A DNA stretch of 64,000 bases from an uncultured Methanosarcinaceae archaeon (GTDB lineage: Archaea > Halobacteriota > Methanosarcinia > Methanosarcinales > Methanosarcinaceae). Of this stretch, positions 11,202-21,805 are shown in pieces (the stretch's first letter is position 1; each line of letters begins with the position of its first letter). The DNA lies in NCBI GenBank assembly GCA_963727895.1, contig CAVSHT010000009.1:96001-160000 (forward strand). The letters are read 5' to 3'. Position numbers and translations under genes: made by a program. The notes beneath the pieces are model-generated. The model made no database searches, was not told the origin of the DNA, and saw nothing but the letters and a program-made list of their open reading frames with translations.

Positions 11202-12194
11202 ATGTCCCGATTTAATCCAATCCTGGCTTTAAGGGCTCTTTGGCAAATTCGAGTACAAAAACGTCCTTTTGTGATGTCACATGGCGTAAATGCTCGCTGC
11301 AATATGCGCTGTAAATTCTGTGAGTACTGGAAGGAAACTGGAGAAGAGCCGACTAAAGAAGAGATTTTTAAATTGTTAGACGACGCAAAAGAATTTGGAA
11401 TAGGAGTCTACAATGCCTGGACTGTAGAACCTCTTCTTAGAGAAGATCTACCCCAAATTATGGCACATGCCAAAGAACTTGGAATGATCACTTCCATGGT
11501 CACAAATGGAAAACTGCTCTATGAAAGAGCAGAAGAGTTGAAGGACGTGGACTTTCTTTCAGTGTCAGTAGATGGGATAGAAAGTTATAAAGAAATTCGT
11601 AAGATGGACTTTGAAACTCTGCTGAAAGGCTTAAAAAAAGCCATTGAAGTGAGAAAGATCCAAAAAAATAGGAATCCTATTTTGATGAACTGTGTACTCA
11701 CAGGAAAAAATCTGGACGATATCGAGACTCTGATATTACTTGCAAAAAAGCTGGGAGTAAAAGTTTCATTTGAACCTGTCCATGAGTTTCCAGGTATCAG
11801 TGAGGAGATCTGGAACGAAATTGGAATCCGTGATATGGAAAAATTCCGCAAAACAGTTGACCGCATAATAGAATTTAAGAAACAACATTACCCTATAATT
11901 AATTCCATAACATACCTCAAAATGGTTCGAGACGGAGAAATGGACTATAAATGCAGAGCCAGTGGAGTTATTATAAATGTGACACACGACGGCACTCTGG
12001 AAACCTGCCGTGTACATAATGAACCCCTTGGAAATGTGATATGGGACGGCTTCGAAAGTGTCTGGGAAAACTCGGAAGAACACAGAAAGGAAATTGTCAA
12101 AAATTGCAGTGGCTGCCTTTTTTTTGGATATACGGAAAACAGTTTGATGCAGAGCTTTAATCCTGAAGTTCTGATGCATTACGAGTGGATGTAA
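11202..12194 (+). CDS. Radical SAM protein with C-terminal SPASM/twitch-like domain
   Basis: CNMRCKFC motif; C-terminal Cys cluster (C..., LETC, CSGC). Confidence 0.9.
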   Translation: MSRFNPILALRALWQIRVQKRPFVMSHGVNARCNMRCKFCEYWKETGEEPTKEEIFKLLDDAKEFGIGVYNAWTVEPLLREDLPQIMAHAKELGMITSMVTNGKLLYERAEELKDVDFLSVSVDGIESYKEIRKMDFETLLKGLKKAIEVRKIQKNRNPILMNCVLTGKNLDDIETLILLAKKLGVKVSFEPVHEFPGISEEIWNEIGIRDMEKFRKTVDRIIEFKKQHYPIINSITYLKMVRDGEMDYKCRASGVIINVTHDGTLETCRVHNEPLGNVIWDGFESVWENSEEHRKEIVKNCSGCLFFGYTENSLMQSFNPEVLMHYEWM

Positions 12195-12195
12195 A

Positions 12196-12367
12196 TCCCG
12201 AGTCCCGTCTCGGGAGGACGGCGCCCTTTTCGCTCACTTCGTTCGCTCAAGAGGACTGAACCCGGGGGCAAGAAAAGATATTTTTTAAATTTAGAGCGCT
12301 CAGCACCTCAGTCCCCAGCACCTCAGTCCCGGCGGCTTCGCACGCTTCGTGCCTTCGGGCTTCGCCG
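12196..12367. repeat. GC-rich hairpin cluster with CTTCG/CGAAG mini-hairpins and a 15-bp tandem repeat
   Basis: TCCCGAG/CTCGGGA stem; CGCTCACTTCGTTCGCTC; CAGCACCTCAGTCCC x2 (12301-12330); four CTTCG between CGGCG and CGCCG (12330-12367). Confidence 0.75.
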
Positions 12368-12416
12368 AAAAATTACCTACTCCCAAAGCAGTGTAAAGTG
12401 GTAAAGTCGAAAGTGG

Positions 12417-13675
12417 TTACAATTTCCTCAGAAGACGCAAGCCAACGAAGGCGGAGCGGTCGTCGGTGCCGACCCAGCGGTAAGCTGACCGGCAGTACCC
12501 GGCAGAGATGATCCAGCCGCCACCACGTATCACACGGGCGGGGCTATCTCCATCTTCCCAAGCACTACCATCAGAAGGAGCTCCTTCATAATTATTATAC
12601 CATCTGTCCTGAACCCACTCCCAAACAGTTCCATGCATGTCATAAAGGCCCCATAGATTTGGCATCTTTTGTCCAACTGGATGAATTTCACTTCCAGAGT
12701 TATCACTATACCATGCATAATCCCCAAGCTTCGATTCATCATCCCAGAAGAAATACCTTGTTATTGTCCCGGCACGGCACGCGTATTCTCACTCAGCTTC
12801 GGAAGGTGAGCCCATTGAAAAATTTCCGGCTGGGATCAGTACGAAGTCCATTTCTGTAAAAGGACTGGTGAAGGTTTTTGGTATTTCTTGATCTTTGAAA
12901 ACTCTTGGAGTTTCTTGTTCCCTGAATTTCACTAAAACAGGTGAGTATTCGAGTTCTTCATTTTCCAGGTAACATTGGACTGTGTTAATATATGTTTTAA
13001 CACTTATTTTACCTTTTAGAAGATCTTCTAAAGAACTATTAATTTCTTTGTCAGTATCAGTTAATTCTCCTGGTTTCTCATAACCATCAACAAGAACAAT
13101 CATGGATATATTGTAGACATCAATTGGAAGCTCTTTTCTGATTATTCTAGCCAATTTGCGTTTCTTCCTCTTGAAATCCTGCTCTTTGACCTTTAAGGGA
13201 TTCTTTCCAATGAGAACCTTTCCTTCATTATCGACGAAAATAAAAGGAACTTGTGAATATCCAATAGTTTTTTCATAAACATAATTATAAAGATCATCAA
13301 GATTTATGTCGCCGTTATTATCACCAGCAACAGCTCCGCTTTTTAGTCCTTCGACAAAATAATATGTAAAAACACCATTCTCCAGTTTTTCATCTTCTTT
13401 TGCTACATCGAACTCACTAGATGCAGAGAGTATAACAGTACCTGATCCAGAAGACTTAGAAATAATTTCTTTTAAATTATTGCCTTTTATGCTTGCAGCT
13501 CCACTGTAACAGCAATCGAGAACTACAACAGTCTTGCAGCTTGAAGCATCTATACACTTCCTGACCAATGAATAATTCAGAGACGTGGGAATTAAACTAT
13601 CCATCTTCGTATTTTTAAATAATAGACACAGATCATGTTGAGAGTCAGGTTCGCCGTGGCCTGAAAAGTAAATCA
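12417..13675 (-). pseudogene. Caspase-like (peptidase C14) + FGE-sulfatase/CLec domain protein, disrupted; probable DGR target
   Basis: LIYFSGHG and LDCCYSG dyad motifs; PSEAE*EYACRAG with in-frame TGA at 12789-12791; WGLYDMHG.VWEW; RVIRGGGW...GLRL; 5' end cut by IS1. Confidence 0.85.
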
Positions 13676-14415
13676 GGTATTGTTAACTAAACATATTTAA
13701 CTCTTTATTTATGTATTTCATCAATAGAATAACCGAGTACTTTAGCATTTCAAGACTTTTTGTATAACACTTTGTCTTTCTTCTCAACCTTGCTAGAAAA
13801 TGCCTCAATATGCTGTTATATCCTTCAACTGTAAATGTTTCTGCTTTTGATTGAGTATGAATCGTTTCAGGAAGAAACTCTGCATATGCTCTCCAGTGAT
13901 CTGTCATCACTTCTCCAATCTCTTTTTTCTTCAATTTTTCCCAGAGTAGTTTTCCAGTTTCCGTTCCTCTGCTACCAAAAGAGCAGTTGATGAACTTTTT
14001 CCCAACTCTATCAACAGCAATCCAGATCCAGCAATATTTTTTTTGTTACCGATGTAAGTGTGCATTTCATCCATTTCAACAATAGATATCTCATTTTCAC
14101 TTTTTAGGTCCTCTAACTCCTGACCAAATTTCTTTATCCATCTTTAGACAGAAAACATGACTCACCCCTAAAAACCGTCCTATTGAGCGAAAGCCCAATC
14201 CTTCAAGGTAAAGTTGTAAAGCCTGTCTTTTAACAGAGGCGGAAAAATCAGTTGATTTTAGCTCGACTGTATAGTTATAGCCACAATCAGAGCATTTGTA
14301 CCGTTGACGCCCGCCAACTATACCGTTTTTTTGTGACTAGAACTATTACATTTTGGGCAATTCATGAAGAAATATATGTTATAAGCATATATATCTATTT
14401 TTTATTACCAATGCC
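13676..14415 (-). mobile_element. IS1-family insertion sequence, copy 1 (740 bp, defective)
   Basis: Ends GGTATTGTTAA / TTACCAATGCC; InsB-like TDHWRAY...VEGYNSILRHFLARLRRKTKC; frameshifted InsA part. Confidence 0.9.
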
Positions 14416-14832
14416 AAAAGTAAATTTATTTGGTAGATATATGATTTACTTTTTCATATTTACCGAGAAATAGCACTTTTAACAATACTATCTTCTTCAG
14501 ATTCAATTTCATAAAGACATGTAAATTTAGTGAAACGTTAATTTTGAAGTACCAGTTTGTGAATATGAATAGATTATTTAATAGTTTTCTATAAAATAAT
14601 ATATATATTTGTTGAAAGTTTCAAATTAAAAAGATAGGATAAGAATAGAATAGAGATTTAATACTTATTCACTTACAATTATTAATAAATAAGGAAACGT
14701 AGACTTATAGTTGGATAAAAAGATAATAGTTAAAACTTAAAATTGAAAATTAATAGTTAAAATCTGGAATTCCAGAAATTAACCGTGAATAGAGTACAGA
14801 TAGCTAAATACTCTTTTTAATTCCAAATGATT

Positions 14833-16321
14833 TTAATTCAGCAACCTTAGGGCTTCGGCTATAGACCATCTGACTTCGGGATCGGGATCGTTTAAGTTTT
14901 TGAGAAAAGAGGATGTTGCTTTTGGGTCACCTATTTTTGCAAGAGCATCAGCAGCATATCGTCTTACCCAAAGTCAGCAGCATATCGTCTTACCCAAGGG
15001 TTGCTGTCGTTAAGAGCTTCAATAAGCGCATCAACTGCTTTTCGGCTGCCAATATTTCCAAGGGCATAGACTGTGGTGATTCGGAGTTCAGAATCGTTTT
15101 CGGTTAGTATTTTTAGAAGATTGTCTACCGCTTTATCAGCTTTGAGGGCTCCTAAAGAATACGCTGCGGCGTTTCTTACTTCAGGATTTTCATCACTCAG
15201 GCACTTGAGAAGTGAATCTACTAATTCTGGATCTCCCAATTTTCCAAGAGATTCGATAGCACACTGTCTAAGTTCAGGGTTTTATCTTTTAATTTATGTA
15301 CAAGGACTTCAGTTGCTTTTTTACTGCCAAAGCTTCCTATAGCCAATAAAATTTGTCTCTGCAATTCCGGAGAACTTTTATCCAATCTTGTGATTAGTGC
15401 TTCTTCAGCTTTTTCATCACCGAGAATTCCTAGAGAACGGATTGCAGCTATCCTGACTTCAGGAACTTTGTCGTCCAGGCTTTTAATTAAAGGTTCAATC
15501 GCCCGTTGATCTTTAAGGTTTCCTAGAGATTCTATTGCACATGCTCGGAATGTAGGATCTTTATCTACAGTTAACCGTTTAATTAACGGCACTACTGCAT
15601 TTTCGGTTCCAATATAACCTAGAGATCTGACTGCAGCTATTCTTACTCCAGAGTCATTGTCATCTAAAAGCTCAAATAGTGCTCCTTCTGCTTTTTTGCT
15701 TCTAACCTGTCCTAGAACCTTGGCTGCAATTTTCCTGACTTCTGGATGTTCGTCGTCCAGTGCTCTTATACAAAATTTTATATCCTTTTCATTCTGTTTT
15801 AATGAATTAACAGGATTTCCTTCCTGTTCTTTAAGAATATTTGAAATATAATAGAATTTTTCAGACGAAGTTTTCAAACCCGAAACGTTACTTAAAAGGT
15901 TCATGGAAGAGTAAACAATAGCCACAAGGGACAGAACCATTGAAATGAGAGAGGAGATCAACAAAAGTTGCATCTTGGTTTTGGAAAAAGAGCCAAGGCT
16001 AAAAACAATCAGTATCAATCCGTTAAAATAGATTGTACCTGCTGCAGTATAGGACACTATTTTAAGAGGCGGTTTTATCCTATTGGCAATCGAATTGGTA
16101 TCATCTTTTTTGCTTTGCAGGGAAATTGTAAAGATAGCAATGAATACGGCATATAATGCAGCTACAGATTGCATTACCGTTGATGGAAGCCAGAAAGTAT
16201 TCCCAGAGCTTGCAGAAGTACCTGCATTTTCATTTCCTGATAGTGTAAAATAGCTCAAAATAACCAGAGCAAATAAAAAGAAAACTTCAAGCTTGTAAGT
16301 TTTCAGATCAGTCAGTTTCAT
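14833..16321 (-). pseudogene. Membrane-anchored HEAT/PBS-lyase repeat protein, frameshifted
   Basis: N-terminal TM helices, repeated 'L.D..PEVR..AA..LG.'; frameshift near 15290 and a 26-bp tandem duplication at 14948-14997. Confidence 0.82.
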
Positions 16322-16544
16322 TCTACAGGCTGCTTGTACTCAAAGAATTATATAATAATTCCGCTGAGTCAAGTTCCGATTCACTTTCTAAATAGAACCA
16401 TGATAAAAGCAATTAATCTTTATTAAAATGGAAGTCTATAAGTTAAAAAGTAAATGATTTAGGGTTCATTGCTTGTTTTATTTCATTGCTCACGTTAGTT
16501 CATTGCCTGTTTTAATTCATTGCCTGAATTTGTATAATTATCAT

Positions 16545-17333
16545 TTATACAGTTTTTATTACGATTTGATCCCCACTTTTTAGTCCGAACTGAAGTGCAG
16601 CATTTCCTTTATTTACTGCAATTTCCAGAAAACCGTGACTGCCTATAAGAGCAAGAGGTTCTTCTCGTCCTACAAAACCATAAGTCTGAACAAAGGAAAT
16701 TCTTCTCCCATTTACTTCTATCTGCGAACCAAAAGTAGAGAACTTAAAAACTACTTCTTGCGGGATATTGGTAACTATATTTCCAAAGCTGTCTGCAAAA
16801 ATAATCTCGCCTATAAGGAAAGGTCCATCAATTCCGAAATTTTCAAAATCAAGATTCACGAAATCCGAAATTCGTGGTCCTACATCTTCTATAGGTATAC
16901 CTTTTGAGATGTGAGCTCCCACAGGCGCAAAAATGTCCCTTCCGTGGAAAGTTGAAGAAATTCCTGATTTAAGCATAAGTTCAGGATTTGTGATTTCGTA
17001 TACTTCAATTTCACCAAGTCGGCGCGCTGCAGGGATCAGAAGCCCATTGTCAGGGCCAACAAAAAATTGCTCTCTTCCTTCGTTACTTGCTTTTATAGCA
17101 AGAGCACGGCGTGAAGTCCCAACTCCGGGATCTACGACGCCAATATGTATGGTGCCCTCTGGAAAATACTGAACAAGTGAATAGAGGGCAAAAGCTCCTT
17201 CCCGGATTCCAGCCTGCCGGATGGAATGAGTGATATCAATAATCTGTACCTCTGGATTAATTCCAAGAATAACGGCTTTCATGGATGCAAGATAAAGGTC
17301 TCCAAAATCTGTAGTCAAGGAAATCACAGGCAT
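16545..17333 (-). CDS. SAM hydroxide adenosyltransferase (DUF62, chlorinase/fluorinase family)
   Basis: ISLTTDFG, VVDPGVGT, GPDNGLL, STFHGRDIFAP, DSFGN. Confidence 0.92.
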   Translation of the reverse strand: MPVISLTTDFGDLYLASMKAVILGINPEVQIIDITHSIRQAGIREGAFALYSLVQYFPEGTIHIGVVDPGVGTSRRALAIKASNEGREQFFVGPDNGLLIPAARRLGEIEVYEITNPELMLKSGISSTFHGRDIFAPVGAHISKGIPIEDVGPRISDFVNLDFENFGIDGPFLIGEIIFADSFGNIVTNIPQEVVFKFSTFGSQIEVNGRRISFVQTYGFVGREEPLALIGSHGFLEIAVNKGNAALQFGLKSGDQIVIKTV

Positions 17334-17407
17334 AAATATCACTTGTTTTTTCCTTTTTTATATATTATGCGATTATGACTTGTTCGATCATGAATTAATC
17401 GATACTG

Positions 17408-17878
17408 TTAGTTTACTTTTTCAAGCCTTAGTAAAAATTCCTTTACATCCAAGCCAGACGCATAACCTGTAAGTTTTCCGTTTGAGCCTATTACCCTGTG
17501 ACAGGGAATAATTATCGCAATTGGATTCCGGTTATTTGCAAGCCCCACAGCCCTATAAGCCTTTGGCTTTCCAATAGATACAGCTATCTCTTTATAAGTT
17601 CGAGTTTCCCCATAGGGAATTTCGCATAAAGCTTTCCAGACAGATTTTTGAAAATCCGTTCCTTCAGGAGCCAGCTTAAGGTTAAAAGATTGGAGTTTCC
17701 CGGAAAAATAAGCTTCAAGCTGCCTCGCAGCCTCCCTGAAAAATTCGTAGTTTTCTATCCAGTCAACAGGAATTTCTACTCTTTTCTTGCCTTTCAGAAA
17801 ATTAAGGTGTTTCAGACCTTTTTCATCCCCTACAAGAAGAATGAGACCGATTGGAGATTCGATTATACTGTAATACAT
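17408..17878 (-). CDS. ogt: Methylated-DNA-protein-cysteine methyltransferase
   Basis: IPYGETRTY, RAVG, active site IPCHRV. Confidence 0.95.
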   Translation of the reverse strand: MYYSIIESPIGLILLVGDEKGLKHLNFLKGKKRVEIPVDWIENYEFFREAARQLEAYFSGKLQSFNLKLAPEGTDFQKSVWKALCEIPYGETRTYKEIAVSIGKPKAYRAVGLANNRNPIAIIIPCHRVIGSNGKLTGYASGLDVKEFLLRLEKVN

Positions 17879-18160
17879 ATTTTTCGTCTCCAGAAACCCA
17901 GAAATGTTGTTGCAGATAATTAATTATCGTTTCCAGTAGAAATCTTTATTCAACGGTAAATAAGAGATATAAAACAGAATAGAGTTCACTAAATAGAGTA
18001 AAGATCGCTGAACATATTAGGTTTTAACAGATAAAAATAACTAGGGAGAAAATTCCCGCTGCAAAAAAAAATTGAAGGCTAAGGACACTTAAGTGCCCGC
18101 CAACATATTTAAAAATCTTACCTGAAGTATTTTGAATGTTTTACCTGAAAAATTTTAATT

Positions 18161-20224
18161 TCATTTGTTTTTACATCCAATTACCCAGAAAAATCCAGAT
18201 GTACTCAAATTTTTCGCGGCGGAATCAGACTCATTTGTACTTTTTTCTGCTTCCAGTTTATTGAGTTCCTGAATTCTCAACTCAACAATATCCATTGCAT
18301 CTTCAAAAAGCTGCTTGTTTATTTCGATTCCGAAATATTTTTTGAGTTTTTCTTCAGGCGGCATTGTCGAACCTGCCGAGAGGTATGCAACATAGTTTTT
18401 GTTGAAAGTTTCGGGGTCTTCCTTGTACTGTTTAAAGAGAGCAAGGGTTATTGCCTTTGAAACTGCATAGTTGAAGGTATAGTAATTGTTTGTTAAGTAA
18501 ATATGGTTAATATAATCCCATTCCGCAGAATCCTCATTATAATATTCGACCGAGTTGCTCCTATATTCTTTATAGAGATTCGTCCAGATTGCATTAAGGT
18601 CGGATCCATTGACAGTCCCATTTTCAGCACATAGCTTGTGCGCTTTGTATTCAAATTCCGTAATCATAGGCTGGAAAGTAAAGTAGTTCTGGTATTCCCC
18701 TATATGTTGGGAGAGAACATTAACTGCGGTATCTTTATCGGAGTTTTGAACTACATAATCAACAAAAAGTTCTTCGTTGAAAGTGGAAGGAACCTCCATT
18801 TCATAAGTCGTACCTGAACAGTAGACATAATCAACGGAGTTACCCATAAGGTAGAAATTAATCCCATGTCCCAGTTCATGAGTAATAGCTTTCTGGTCGC
18901 TGATTAGACCATTGTAGTTGAGAAAAACAAGGGAGGGAGACTTCAAAGAACATAAACCGTAAGTGTAACCTCCTGGCTGTTTTCCGTGTTCAGGATCAGA
19001 GTATACATCTATGAAATTTCCAGTTACCATTTTTAAAAAGATTTCATTAAAACGAGGATCCATCTTGGAATAGGATTTCTGGATTTCTTGCAAAGCTTCC
19101 AGATATGTATAATTCTTGCCAGGCTGATCTGTCAACTGCAGCGCAAGATCGTATGGCCTGAGCGTTTTAATTCCAAGTTTATTTCTTCTATATTTGTTAT
19201 ATTCCTCAAAAACACCTTTTCTCTCTTTGAAAACCGTATTCATACCTTCAACCTGAGTGCGGTTAAGATAGAGATTATACAATGTGTAATTATAATAATC
19301 CGTGTAATTCAGCTCTCTGGCAACAAGATCATCAAGTTTGGCTTTTTTGGAATAGAGAGCTGCCATTGAATCGGATTCGTTTATCAAGTGGTAAAACCTC
19401 TGGTCATAACATTTCTTTCTGTCTTCCCGGTTTGTATCTGTTGATAGTAAAGTATTGTATGACTGGGAATTAACCGAATATTCATCTCCATTTTCAAGCG
19501 TTATATTTCCTGCCATTGTGACATTATTCGTGATTTCTGAAAGTGCCTCTGTTTCCAGCTTCATGCGCTGATTTTCGAGCTCTTCAAGGTATACAGCCTG
19601 AGATTCATTCATTGCTCTATGTTCTGAAAACCTCATATAGTTAGCTTCAAAATAAGGTCTGTACTCCTCAAGTTTAGGCTCTTCGGAAAAAAGCCTGCCC
19701 CATTCATCCTTATTGAGCGAGGTCAATTTTACAGTTGCAAATGAGGTGGTTTTTCCATATTCGGTAACCAGATTCTGAGATTCCATAAGAAGAGAAGCAA
19801 AGGACGGATCACTAACATTTTTGCTGTTCTGAGTATATGCATAAACATATAAAACCTCAAGAGCCTTTGAAAATTCCTTATCAGCATCCAGATAATTCAG
19901 TAAAACAGGTCCTGACAGATTCTCAAATTTCGGACGGAAAGTTTCGTTTATTTCTTCGGATCTATTGTTTAAGATCTCAAGTTCTTTTAGAGCATCTTCC
20001 TTGCTATTGAAGAGATATGAGTTATTCCATTCAGTTGTAACCTCATTGAGATTTAGTTTTTCAAACGGTTGTTCCATGTATAATATTTCAGAAGAATTCG
20101 TAACTTCCGTAGAAGCACTGCCTTCTGAAAACGTTGCAAAGGAAAGTAGTAACCCTAAAGTAATGAGCCCTTTAACTATTCCGAGAACTAGCCCTTTACC
20201 TGATTTTTGTCTCATAAAAGCCAC
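18161..20224 (-). CDS. Secreted M3B oligoendopeptidase F-like protein
   Basis: Signal peptide, HELGH zinc motif, EVPSTFNE, W..I.HIY...YYTFNYA. Confidence 0.88.
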   Translation of the reverse strand: MAFMRQKSGKGLVLGIVKGLITLGLLLSFATFSEGSASTEVTNSSEILYMEQPFEKLNLNEVTTEWNNSYLFNSKEDALKELEILNNRSEEINETFRPKFENLSGPVLLNYLDADKEFSKALEVLYVYAYTQNSKNVSDPSFASLLMESQNLVTEYGKTTSFATVKLTSLNKDEWGRLFSEEPKLEEYRPYFEANYMRFSEHRAMNESQAVYLEELENQRMKLETEALSEITNNVTMAGNITLENGDEYSVNSQSYNTLLSTDTNREDRKKCYDQRFYHLINESDSMAALYSKKAKLDDLVARELNYTDYYNYTLYNLYLNRTQVEGMNTVFKERKGVFEEYNKYRRNKLGIKTLRPYDLALQLTDQPGKNYTYLEALQEIQKSYSKMDPRFNEIFLKMVTGNFIDVYSDPEHGKQPGGYTYGLCSLKSPSLVFLNYNGLISDQKAITHELGHGINFYLMGNSVDYVYCSGTTYEMEVPSTFNEELFVDYVVQNSDKDTAVNVLSQHIGEYQNYFTFQPMITEFEYKAHKLCAENGTVNGSDLNAIWTNLYKEYRSNSVEYYNEDSAEWDYINHIYLTNNYYTFNYAVSKAITLALFKQYKEDPETFNKNYVAYLSAGSTMPPEEKLKKYFGIEINKQLFEDAMDIVELRIQELNKLEAEKSTNESDSAAKNLSTSGFFWVIGCKNK

Positions 20225-20518
20225 CTTAACAAGTATAGGAATCGATCAATAGTATGAAGAAAATATTTCAAGATAACAATATAACAATAAGTATAACTTC
20301 TGATATTTTTAAGATATTAACATAAAAAGCTATCGATTTTAAACTGTTATAATGACAAAAATACGGATTGTATATGAAAATTAAAAATCAATTAATTAAC
20401 TGGTGTATTGGAGTTTACTGAAAAAAAGTAAAAAAATTGAGTAAGAATAAAAGTAAAAGTAGTTTAAAAAATGAGATTAGTAAAGCCCTAAGACCTTACT
20501 CTAATTTACTTTACCTGC

Positions 20519-21805
20519 TTATTTTGCAAGGTTGTAGTTCTGGTTTACGATTTTCAGGGCGCAGAAGTTACCGCACATTGTGCAGGCATCAGAGTCTTCA
20601 GGAGACCTGCTGTTCCTGACTTCTCTTGCGTGTTCAGGATCGATTGCAAGGGAGTACATCTTTTCCCAGTCGAGTTCTCTTCTGGCTCTGCCCATTGCAA
20701 GGTCCTGTTCTCTTGCCCTGTCTGGATATTTTATCATGTCACCTACGTGAGCTGCAATTCTGGAGGTTTTGACTCCTGTGATGACGTCTTCAAGGTTTGG
20801 AAGGGCAAGGTGTTCTGCAGGAGTAACGTAGCAGAGGAAGTCACAACCATAGGAGGCAGAAACAGATGCTCCGATTGCAGTTACGATGTGGTCATAACCG
20901 GGTGCAATGTCAGTTACAAGCGGACCGAGCATATAGAAGGGCTTATGACCGCTCATTTCCTTCATAAGTTTTACGTTGGTTGCGATCTGGTCTAGAGGGA
21001 CATGACCCGGACCTTCGACAATGACCTGCAGACCCTGTTTGTGGGCTTTATCGGCCAGCTCGGCATTGATAATGAGTTCCTGAATCTGGGCACGGTCAGT
21101 TGCATCGTGAACTGCACCTGCACGCATTCCATTTCCGGTAGAGAGAACTACTTCGTGCTCCTTGAGAATTTCAACGAGATAATCAAAGTTAGCATAAAGA
21201 GGATTTTCCTTTTCGTTGTGGAGCATCCAGGAAGTCATGAAAGCGCCACCACGAGAACAGAGACCGCCGTACCTTCCGTGGGCTTTGAGCCGATCCATAG
21301 TGATATTGTTGATCCCTGTATGGATTGCCATGAAATTGGTTCCGAGTTTTGCCTGATCTTCGGTCACCTTGAAGAGTTCTTCTTCAGTCATATGCACGAT
21401 TGAACCGTATTTCCTTGCAGCTTCAATGAAAGCCTGGTAAAGAGGCACTGAACCAACTGAAAGGGAAATGCTGTCAATAACCATTTTCCTGATTGCAAGG
21501 AAGTCTCCGCCAGTCCCAAGTTCCATAAGGGTGTCTGCACCTGCGGCTTCCGCAGCCTTTGCTTTCTCGACTTCCATATTTGGATCAACAATGTCTGAGG
21601 ATACACCGATGGATGCATTAACTTTGGTCCTGAGACCTTCTCCTATACCGCAGATCTTTACCTGTCTGTATGGGGAAGTTGGAATAACAATTCTTCCGGC
21701 TGCAACTCCACGACGGATGAATTCAGGGTCAAGTCCTTCATCCTTTGCAACGATCTTCATTTCTTCAGTGATAATTCCTTTTTGTGCATCTTCCACAATT
21801 GTCAT
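20519..21805 (-). CDS. thiC: Phosphomethylpyrimidine synthase ThiC
   Basis: TKVNASIG, SRGGA, EGPGHVP, PGYDHI, YVTPAEHL, CTMCGNFC. Confidence 0.95.
   Translation of the reverse strand: MTIVEDAQKGIITEEMKIVAKDEGLDPEFIRRGVAAGRIVIPTSPYRQVKICGIGEGLRTKVNASIGVSSDIVDPNMEVEKAKAAEAAGADTLMELGTGGDFLAIRKMVIDSISLSVGSVPLYQAFIEAARKYGSIVHMTEEELFKVTEDQAKLGTNFMAIHTGINNITMDRLKAHGRYGGLCSRGGAFMTSWMLHNEKENPLYANFDYLVEILKEHEVVLSTGNGMRAGAVHDATDRAQIQELIINAELADKAHKQGLQVIVEGPGHVPLDQIATNVKLMKEMSGHKPFYMLGPLVTDIAPGYDHIVTAIGASVSASYGCDFLCYVTPAEHLALPNLEDVITGVKTSRIAAHVGDMIKYPDRAREQDLAMGRARRELDWEKMYSLAIDPEHAREVRNSRSPEDSDACTMCGNFCALKIVNQNYNLAK

Noticed and set aside
12789..12791. In-frame TGA as selenocysteine or recoding
   Set aside because: It replaces the conserved Trp of EAEWEYA; Methanosarcina is not known to use Sec and the gene has other lesions
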